NCBI GenBank assembly: GCA_040954595.2
Contig: CM082577.2
Span: 15,507,903-15,571,902 of the forward strand
Origin: Balanoglossus misakiensis
Lineage: Eukaryota > Animalia > Hemichordata
Direction: 5' to 3'
DNA: 64,000 bases
Shown here: piece by piece, positions 53,724-64,000 of the stretch
Layout: every line of letters begins with the position of its first letter
Position numbering within the stretch: position 1 is the stretch's first letter
Program-made: the position numbers and the translations under genes
Notes under the pieces: generated by a model
Databases searched by the model: none
Told to the model about the DNA's origin: nothing
What the model saw: only the letters and a program-made list of their open reading frames with translations

Positions 53724-56700
53724 AAGTACCTTATATTTTCTGTAAAATAGACATTTAATTGGCAAGCCGTCCTGCATCAATTATTAATTGTGTACATGCA
53801 CTAAAGCGCCCTCACTGCTGGGTGTGTTGTATGGTCTTTAACCCTGTTTCAAATTAGAGTACTTTCTGCAATTTCAAGACAGATCTTACGTGCCATTGGA
53901 GAGCTCCATTGACTGGTCATTCATACTGTTTTCATTCATTCATTGCGGCATCAATATATTTTATCTATTCTAGCCAAAGAGCTTGGCACCTGTTGAAATG
54001 AACTCATCTGCTGTGGGCCAGTTTATTGGTGGCAGTTGAGCTGAGGAGAGCACCTTCCTTCCCGGCACGCCACCAAGTAAAGTTCCACGCCGCCCACCAC
54101 AGATGCCAGCATTCATTCATGCGAGTGAGTGTAATTGCAAATTTGCCTATTCTAGATCTGTAATGGAAATGGAGAAAGTACCTTATATTTTCTGTAAAAT
54201 AGACATTTAATTGGCAAGCCGTCCTGCATCAATTATTAATTGTGTACATGCACTAAAGCGCCCTCACTGCTGGGTGTGTTGTATGGTCTTTAACCCTGTT
54301 TCAAATTAGAGTACTTTCTGCAATTTCAAGACAGATCTTACGTGCCATTGGAGAGCTCCATTGACTGGTCATTCATACTGTTTTCATTCATTCATTGCGG
54401 CATCAATATATTTTATCTATTCTAGCCAAAGAGCTTGGCACCTGTTGAAATGAACTCATCTGCTGTGGGCCAGTTTATTGGTGGCAGTTGAGCTGAGGAG
54501 AGCACCTTCCTTCCCGGCACGCCACCAAGTAAAGTTCCACGCCGCCCACCACAGATGCCAGCATTCATTCATGCGAGTGAGTGTAATTGCAAATTTGCCT
54601 ATTCTAGATCTGTAATGGAAATGGAGAAAGTACCTTATATTTTCTGTAAAATAGACATTTAATTGGCAAGCCGTCCTGCATCAATTATTAATTGTGTACA
54701 TGCACTAAAGCGCCCTCACTGCTGGGTGTGTTGTATGGTCTTTAACCCTGTTTCAAATTAGAGTACTTTCTGCAATTTCAAGACAGATCTTACGTGCCAT
54801 TGGAGAGCTCCATTGACTGGTCATTCATACTGTTTTCATTCATTCATTGCGGCATCAATATATTTTATCTATTCTAGCCAAAGAGCTTGGCACCTGTTGA
54901 AATGAACTCATCTGCTGTGGGCCAGTTTATTGGTGGCAGTTGAGCTGAGGAGAGCACCTTCCTTCCCGGCACGCCACCAAGTAAAGTTCCACGCCGCCCA
55001 CCACAGATGCCAGCATTCATTCATGCGAGTGAGTGTAATTGCAAATTTGCCTATTCTAGATCTGTAATGGAAATGGAGAAAGTACCTTATATTTTCTGTA
55101 AAATAGACATTTAATTGGCAAGCCGTCCTGCATCAATTATTAATTGTGTACATGCACTAAAGCGCCCTCACTGCTGGGTGTGTTGTATGGTCTTTAACCC
55201 TGTTTCAAATTAGAGTACTTTCTGCAATTTCAAGACAGATCTTACGTGCCATTGGAGAGCTCCATTGACTGGTCATTCATACTGTTTTCATTCATTCATT
55301 GCGGCATCAATATATTTTATCTATTCTAGCCAAAGAGCTTGGCACCTGTTGAAATGAACTCATCTGCTGTGGGCCAGTTTATTGGTGGCAGTTGAGCTGA
55401 GGAGAGCACCTTCCTTCCCGGCACGCCACCAAGTAAAGTTCCACGCCGCCCACCACAGATGCCAGCATTCATTCATGCGAGTGAGTGTAATTGCAAATTT
55501 GCCTATTCTAGATTCTTACGTGCCATTGGAGAGCTCCATTGACTGGTCATTCATACTGTTTTCATTCATTCATTGCGGCATCAATATATTTTATCTATTC
55601 TAGCCAAAGAGCTTGGCACCTGTTGAAATGAACTCATCTGCTGTGGGCCAGTTTATTGGTGGCAGTTGAGCTGAGCAGAGCACCTTCCTTCCCGGCACGC
55701 CACCAAGTAAAGTTCCACGCCGCCCACCACAGATGCCAGCATTCATTCATGCGAGTGAGTGTAATTGCAAATTTGCCTATTCTAGAATCTTACGTGCCAT
55801 TGGAGAGCTCCATTGACTGGTCATTCATACTGTTTTCATTCATTCATTGCGGCATCAATATATTTTATCTATTCTAGCCAAAGAGCTTGGCACCTGTTGA
55901 AATGAACTCATCTGCTGTGGGCCAGTTTATTGGTGGCAGTTGAGCTGAGGAGAGCACCTTCCTTCCCGGCACGCCACCAAGTAAAGTTCCACGCCGCCCA
56001 CCACAGATGCCAGCATTCATTCATGCGAGTGAGTGTAATTGCAAATTTGCCTATTCTAGATCTGTAATGGAAATGGAGAAAGTACCTTATATTTTCTGTA
56101 AAATAGACATTTAATTGGCAAGCCGTCCTGCATCAATTATTAATTGTGTACATGCACTAAAGCGCCCTCACTGCTGGGTGTGTTGTATGGTCTTTAACCC
56201 TGTTTCAAATTAGAGTACTTTCTGCAATTTCAAGACAGATCTTACGTGCCATTGGAGAGCTCCATTGACTGGTCATTCATACTGTTTTCATTCATTCATT
56301 GCGGCATCAATATATTTTATCTATTCTAGCCAAAGAGCTTGGCACCTGTTGAAATGAACTCATCTGCTGTGGGCCAGTTTATTGGTGGCAGTTGAGCTGA
56401 GGAGAGCACCTTCCTTCCCGGCACGCCACCAAGTAAAGTTCCACGCCGCCCACCACAGATGCCAGCATTCATTCATGCGAGTGAGTGTAATTGCAAATTT
56501 GCCTATTCTAGATCTGTAATGGAAATGGAGAAAGTACCTTATATTTTCTGTAAAATAGACATTTAATTGGCAAGCCGTCCTGCATCAATTATTAATTGTG
56601 TACATGCACTAAAGCGCCCTCACTGCTGGGTGTGTTGTATGGTCTTTAACCCTGTTTCAAATTAGAGTACTTTCTGCAATTTCAAGACAGATCTTACGTG

Positions 56701-59700
56701 CCATTGGAGAGCTCCATTGACTGGTCATTCATACTGTTTTCATTCATTCATTGCGGCATCAATATATTTTATCTATTCTAGCCAAAGAGCTTGGCACCTG
56801 TTGAAATGAACTCATCTGCTGTGGGCCAGTTTATTGGTGGCAGTTGAGCTGAGGAGAGCACCTTCCTTCCCGGCACGCCACCAAGTAAAGTTCCACGCCG
56901 CCCACCACAGATGCCAGCATTCATTCATGCGAGTGAGTGTAATTGCAAATTTGCCTATTCTAGATCTGTAATGGAAATGGAGAAAGTACCTTATATTTTC
57001 TGTAAAATAGACATTTAATTGGCAAGCCGTCCTGCATCAATTATTAATTGTGTACATGCACTAAAGCGCCCTCACTGCTGGGTGTGTTGTATGGTCTTTA
57101 ACCCTGTTTCAAATTAGAGTACTTTCTGCAATTTCAAGACAGATCTTACGTGCCATTGGAGAGCTCCATTGACTGGTCATTCATACTGTTTTCATTCATT
57201 CATTGCGGCATCAATATATTTTATCTATTCTAGCCAAAGAGCTTGGCACCTGTTGAAATGAACTCATCTGCTGTGGGCCAGTTTATTGGTGGCAGTTGAG
57301 CTGAGGAGAGCACCTTCCTTCCCGGCACGCCACCAAGTAAAGTTCCACGCCGCCCACCACAGATGCCAGCATTCATTCATGCGAGTGAGTGTAATTGCAA
57401 ATTTGCCTATTCTAGATCTGTAATGGAAATGGAGAAAGTACCTTATATTTTCTGTAAAATAGACATTTAATTGGCAAGCCGTCCTGCATCAATTATTAAT
57501 TGTGTACATGCACTAAAGCGCCCTCACTGCTGGGTGTGTTGTATGGTCTTTAACCCTGTTTCAAATTAGAGTACTTTCTGCAATTTCAAGACAGATCTTA
57601 CGTGCCATTGGAGAGCTCCATTGACTGGTCATTCATACTGTTTTCATTCATTCATTGCGGCATCAATATATTTTATCTATTCTAGCCAAAGAGCTTGGCA
57701 CCTGTTGAAATGAACTCATCTGCTGTGGGCCAGTTTATTGGTGGCAGTTGAGCTGAGGAGAGCACCTTCCTTCCCGGCACGCCACCAAGTAAAGTTCCAC
57801 GCCGCCCACCACAGATGCCAGCATTCATTCATGCGAGTGAGTGTAATTGCAAATTTGCCTATTCTAGATCTGTAATGGAAATGGAGAAAGTACCTTATAT
57901 TTTCTGTAAAATAGACATTTAATTGGCAAGCCGTCCTGCATCAATTATTAATTGTGTACATGCACTAAAGCGCCCTCACTGCTGGGTGTGTTGTATGGTC
58001 TTTAACCCTGTTTCAAATTAGAGTACTTTCTGCAATTTCAAGACAGATCTTACGTGCCATTGGAGAGCTCCATTGACTGGTCATTCATACTGTTTTCATT
58101 CATTCATTGCGGCATCAATATATTTTATCTATTCTAGCCAAAGAGCTTGGCACCTGTTGAAATGAACTCATCTGCTGTGGGCCAGTTTATTGGTGGCAGT
58201 TGAGCTGAGGAGAGCACCTTCCTTCCCGGCACGCCACCAAGTAAAGTTCCACGCCGCCCACCACAGATGCCAGCATTCATTCATGCGAGTGAGTGTAATT
58301 GCAAATTTGCCTATTCTAGATCTGTAATGGAAATGGAGAAAGTACCTTATATTTTCTGTAAAATAGACATTTAATTGGCAAGCCGTCCTGCATCAATTAT
58401 TAATTGTGTACATGCACTAAAGCGCCCTCACTGCTGGGTGTGTTGTATGGTCTTTAACCCTGTTTCAAATTAGAGTACTTTCTGCAATTTCAAGACAGAT
58501 CTTACGTGCCATTGGAGAGCTCCATTGACTGGTCATTCATACTGTTTTCATTCATTCATTGCGGCATCAATATATTTTATCTATTCTAGCCAAAGAGCTT
58601 GGCACCTGTTGAAATGAACTCATCTGCTGTGGGCCAGTTTATTGGTGGCAGTTGAGCTGAGGAGAGCACCTTCTTTCCCGGCACGCCACCAAGTAAAGTT
58701 CCACGCCGCCCACCACAGATGCCAGCATTCATTCATGCGAGTGAGTGTAATTGCAAATTTGCCTATTTACGTGCCATTGGAGAGCTCCATTGACTGGTCA
58801 TTCATACTGTTTTCATTCATTCATTGCGGCATCAATATATTTTATCTATTCTAGCCAAAGAGCTTGGCACCTGTTGAAATGAACTCATCTGCTGTGGGCC
58901 AGTTTATTGGTGGCAGTTGAGCTGAGGAGAGCACCTTCCTTCCCGGCACGCCACCAAGTAAAGTTCCACGCCGCCCACCACAGATGCCAGCATTCATTCA
59001 TGCGAGTGAGTGTAATTGCAAATTTGCCTATTCTAGATCTGTAATGGAAATGGAGAAAGTACCTTATATTTTCTGTAAAATAGACATTTAATTGGCAAGC
59101 CGTCCTGCATCAATTATTAATTGTGTACATGCACTAAAGCGCCCTCACTGCTGGGTGTGTTGTATGGTCTTTAACCCTGTTTCAAATTAGAGTACTTTCT
59201 GCAATTTCAAGACAGATCTTACGTGCCATTGGAGAGCTCCATTGACTGGTCATTCATACTGTTTTCATTCATTCATTGCGGCATCAATATATTTTATCTA
59301 TTCTAGCCAAAGAGCTTGGCACCTGTTGAAATGAACTCATCTGCTGTGGGCCAGTTTATTGGTGGCAGTTGAGCTGAGGAGAGCACCTTCCTTCCCGGCA
59401 CGCCACCAAGTAAAGTTCCACGCCGCCCACCACAGATGCCAGCATTCATTCATGCGAGTGAGTGTAATTGCAAATTTGCCTATTCTAGAATTCTTACGTG
59501 CCATTGGAGAGCTCCATTGACTGGTCATTCATACTGTTTTCATTCATTCATTGCGGCATCAATATATTTTATCTATTCTAGCCAAAGAGCTTGGCACCTG
59601 TTGAAATGAACTCATCTGCTGTGGGCCAGTTTATTGGTGGCAGTTGAGCTGAGGAGAGCACCTTCCTTCCCGGCACGCCACCAAGTAAAGTTCCACGCCG

Positions 59701-62700
59701 CCCACCACAGATGCCAGCATTCATTCATGCGAGTGAGTGTAATTGCAAATTTGCCTATTCTAGATCTGTAATGGAAATGGAGAAAGTACCTTATATTTTC
59801 TGTAAAATAGACATTTAATTGGCAAGCCGTCCTGCATCAATTATTAATTGTGTACATGCACTAAAGCGCCCTCACTGCTGGGTGTGTTGTATGGTCTTTA
59901 ACCCTGTTTCAAATTAGAGTACTTTCTGCAATTTCAAGACAGATCTTACGTGCCATTGGAGAGCTCCATTGACTGGTCATTCATACTGTTTTCATTCATT
60001 CATTGCGGCATCAATATATTTTATCTATTCTAGCCAAAGAGCTTGGCACCTGTTGAAATGAACTCATCTGCTGTGGGCCAGTTTATTGGTGGCAGTTGAG
60101 CTGAGGAGAGCACCTTCTTTCCCGGCACGCCACCAAGTAAAGTTCCACGCCGCCCACCACAGATGCCAGCATTCATTCATGCGAGTGAGTGTAATTGCAA
60201 ATTTGCCTATTCTAGAATCTTACGTGCCATTGGAGAGCTCCATTGACTGGTCATTCATACTGTTTTCATTCATTCATTGCGGCATCAATATATTTTATCT
60301 ATTCTAGCCAAAGAGCTTGGCACCTGTTGAAATGAACTCATCTGCTGTGGGCCAGTTTATTGGTGGCAGTTGAGCTGAGGAGAGCACCTTCTTTCCCGGC
60401 ACGCCACCAAGTAAAGTTCCACGCCGCCCACCACAGATGCCAGCATTCATTCATGCGAGTGAGTGTAATTGCAAATTTGCCTATTTACGTGCCATTGGAG
60501 AGCTCCATTGACTGGTCATTCATACTGTTTTCATTCATTCATTGCGGCATCAATATATTTTATCTATTCTAGCCAAAGAGCTTGGCACCTGTTGAAATGA
60601 ACTCATCTGCTGTGGGCCAGTTTATTGGTGGCAGTTGAGCTGAGGAGAGCACCTTCCTTCCCGGCACGCCACCAAGTAAAGTTCCACGCCGCCCACCACA
60701 GATGCCAGCATTCATTCATGCGAGTGAGTGTAATTGCAAATTTGCCTATTCTAGATCTGTAATGGAAATGGAGAAAGTACCTTATATTTTCTGTAAAATA
60801 GACATTTAATTGGCAAGCCGTCCTGCATCAATTATTAATTGTGTACATGCACTAAAGCGCCCTCACTGCTGGGTGTGTTGTATGGTCTTTAACCCTGTTT
60901 CAAATTAGAGTACTTTCTGCAATTTCAAGACAGATCTTACGTGCCATTGGAGAGCTCCATTGACTGGTCATTCATACTGTTTTCATTCATTCATTGCGGC
61001 ATCAATATATTTTATCTATTCTAGCCAAAGAGCTTGGCACCTGTTGAAATGAACTCATCTGCTGTGGGCCAGTTTATTGGTGGCAGTTGAGCTGAGGAGA
61101 GCACCTTCTTTCCCGGCACGCCACCAAGTAAAGTTCCACGCCGCCCACCACAGATGCCAGCATTCATTCATGCGAGTGAGTGTAATTGCAAATTTGCCTA
61201 TTCTAGAATCTTACGTGCCATTGGAGAGCTCCATTGACTGGTCATTCATACTGTTTTCATTCATTCATTGCGGCATCAATATATTTTATCTATTCTAGCC
61301 AAAGAGCTTGGCACCTGTTGAAATGAACTCATCTGCTGTGGGCCAGTTTATTGGTGGCAGTTGAGCTGAGGAGAGCACCTTCTTTCCCGGCACGCCACCA
61401 AGTAAAGTTCCACGCCGCCCACCACAGATGCCAGCATTCATTCATGCGAGTGAGTGTAATTGCAAATTTGCCTATTCTAGAATCTTACGTGCCATTGGAG
61501 AGCTCCATTGACTGGTCATTCATACTGTTTTCATTCATTCATTGCGGCATCAATATATTTTATCTATTCTAGCCAAAGAGCTTGGCACCTGTTGAAATGA
61601 ACTCATCTGCTGTGGGCCAGTTTATTGGTGGCAGTTGAGCTGAGGAGAGCACCTTCCTTCCCGGCACGCCACCAAGTAAAGTTCCACGCCGCCCACCACA
61701 GATGCCAGCATTCATTCATGCGAGTGAGTGTAATTGCAAATTTGCCTATTCTAGAATCTTACGTGCCATTGGAGAGCTCCATTGACTGGTCATTCATACT
61801 GTTTTCATTCATTCATTGCGGCATCAATATATTTTATCTATTCTAGCCAAAGAGCTTGGCACCTGTTGAAATGAACTCATCTGCTGTGGGCCAGTTTATT
61901 GGTGGCAGTTGAGCTGAGGAGAGCACCTTCCTTCCCGGCACGCCACCAAGTAAAGTTCCACGCCGCCCACCACAGATGCCAGCATTCATTCATGCGAGTG
62001 AGTGTAATTGCAAATTTGCCTATTCTAGAATCTTACGTGCCATTGGAGAGCTCCATTGACTGGTCATTCATACTGTTTTCATTCATTCATTGCGGCATCA
62101 ATATATTTTATCTATTCTAGCCGAAGAGCTTGGCACCTGTTGAAATGAACTCATCTGCTGTGGGCCAGTTTATTGGTGGCAGTTGAGCTGAGGAGAGCAC
62201 CTTCCTTCCCGGCACGCCACCAAGTAAAGTTCCACGCCGCCCACCACAGATGCCAGCATTCATTCATGCGAGTGAGTGTAATTGCAAATTTGCCTATTCT
62301 AGATCTGTAATGGAAATGGAGAAAGTACCTTATATTTTCTGTAAAATAGACATTTAATTGGCAAGCCGTCCTGCATCAATTATTAATTGTGTACATGCAC
62401 TAAAGCGCCCTCACTGCTGGGTGTGTTGTATGGTCTTTAACCCTGTTTCAAATTAGAGTACTTTCTGCAATTTCAAGACAGATCTTACGTGCCATTGGAG
62501 AGCTCCATTGACTGGTCATTCATACTGTTTTCATTCATTCATTGCGGCATCAATATATTTTATCTATTCTAGCCAAAGAGCTTGGCACCTGTTGAAATGA
62601 ACTCATCTGCTGTGGGCCAGTTTATTGGTGGCAGTTGAGCTGAGGAGAGCACCTTCTTTCCCGGCACGCCACCAAGTAAAGTTCCACGCCGCCCACCACA

Positions 62701-64000
62701 GATGCCAGCATTCATTCATGCGAGTGAGTGTAATTGCAAATTTGCCTATTCTAGAATCTTACGTGCCATTGGAGAGCTCCATTGACTGGTCATTCATACT
62801 GTTTTCATTCATTCATTGCGGCATCAATATATTTTATCTATTCTAGCCAAAGAGCTTGGCACCTGTTGAAATGAACTCATCTGCTGTGGGCCAGTTTATT
62901 GGTGGCAGTTGAGCTGAGGAGAGCACCTTCTTTCCCGGCACGCCACCAAGTAAAGTTCCACGCCGCCCACCACAGATGCCAGCATTCATTCATGCGAGTG
63001 AGTGTAATTGCAAATTTGCCTATTTACGTGCCATTGGAGAGCTCCATTGACTGGTCATTCATACTGTTTTCATTCATTCATTGCGGCATCAATATATTTT
63101 ATCTATTCTAGCCAAAGAGCTTGGCACCTGTTGAAATGAACTCATCTGCTGTGGGCCAGTTTATTGGTGGCAGTTGAGCTGAGGAGAGCACCTTCCTTCC
63201 CGGCACGCCACCAAGTAAAGTTCCACGCCGCCCACCACAGATGCCAGCATTCATTCATGCGAGTGAGTGTAATTGCAAATTTGCCTATTCTAGAATCTTA
63301 CGTGCCATTGGAGAGCTCCATTGACTGGTCATTCATACTGTTTTCATTCATTCATTGCGGCATCAATATATTTTATCTATTCTAGCCGAAGAGCTTGGCA
63401 CCTGTTGAAATGAACTCATCTGCTGTGGGCCAGTTTATTGGTGGCAGTTGAGCTGAGGAGAGCACCTTCCTTCCCGGCACGCCACCAAGTAAAGTTCCAC
63501 GCCGCCCACCACAGATGCCAGCATTCATTCATGCGAGTGAGTGTAATTGCAAATTTGCCTATTCTAGATCTGTAATGGAAATGGAGAAAGTACCTTATAT
63601 TTTCTGTAAAATAGACATTTAATTGGCAAGCCGTCCTGCATCAATTATTAATTGTGTACATGCACTAAAGCGCCCTCACTGCTGGGTGTGTTGTATGGTC
63701 TTTAACCCTGTTTCAAATTAGAGTACTTTCTGCAATTTCAAGACAGATCTTACGTGCCATTGGAGAGCTCCATTGACTGGTCATTCATACTGTTTTCATT
63801 CATTCATTGCGGCATCAATATATTTTATCTATTCTAGCCAAAGAGCTTGGCACCTGTTGAAATGAACTCATCTGCTGTGGGCCAGTTTATTGGTGGCAGT
63901 TGAGCTGAGGAGAGCACCTTCCTTCCCGGCACGCCACCAAGTAAAGTTCCACGCCGCCCACCACAGATGCCAGCATTCATTCATGCGAGTGAGTGTAATT
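53724..64000. repeat. Tandem satellite array, right arm (about 29 units), starting inside a MITE that lacks its left TIR
   Basis: Same monomer types and orientation as the left arm. Unit order matches the region from ~7086 at an offset of 46638. Confidence 0.99.

Larger units (their letters stand above)
45571..53886. mobile_element. Putative autonomous DNA transposon cassette (split transposase, SET, His-Me endonuclease) ending in the MITE right TIR
   Basis: Unique gene-dense block inside the array. It joins the MITE body at aagtacc (53724) and continues to the right TIR (53859-53886). No left TIR is seen at the left junction, so that boundary is uncertain. Confidence 0.7.

Noticed and set aside
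45560-53730. Simple TSD-flanked insertion of the cassette into the satellite
   Set aside because: The two junctions fall at different monomer positions and share no TSD or mutual TIR.
218-63385. About 70 copies of 63-73 aa ORFs (MVAVELRR..., MTSQWSS...)
   Set aside because: The plus-strand ORFs start at TTG, none resembles a known protein, and they open or close according to the indel allele. They are by-products of the repeat.
1-64000. CRISPR-like array next to a nuclease
   Set aside because: The units are long, the inserts are identical rather than unique spacers, there are no cas genes, and the context is eukaryotic.

Overview
Eukaryotic, probably animal, DNA (inferred from GT-AG introns and Kozak-type starts). 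About 56 kb is a near-homogeneous tandem array of about 157 units of a ~274-bp monomer. About 75 units carry the same ~180-bp MITE (28-bp imperfect TIRs) at one palindromic site, and the monomer types form higher-order repeats. An ~8.2-kb unique cassette (45571-53723) sits inside the array. It encodes (i) a Sola-like DDD transposase split into two intact, divergently transcribed genes (DNA-binding/Zn half and catalytic half), (ii) a 4-exon winged-helix + SETD8/PR-Set7-like SET methyltransferase and (iii) a His-Cys-box (His-Me finger) endonuclease. The cassette also holds a diverged copy of the satellite monomer and runs directly into the right end of the MITE, so cassette, MITE and satellite appear to be one selfish system. 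Family assignments come from motif recognition by eye, not database searches. The many 63-73 aa ORFs are repeat artefacts.
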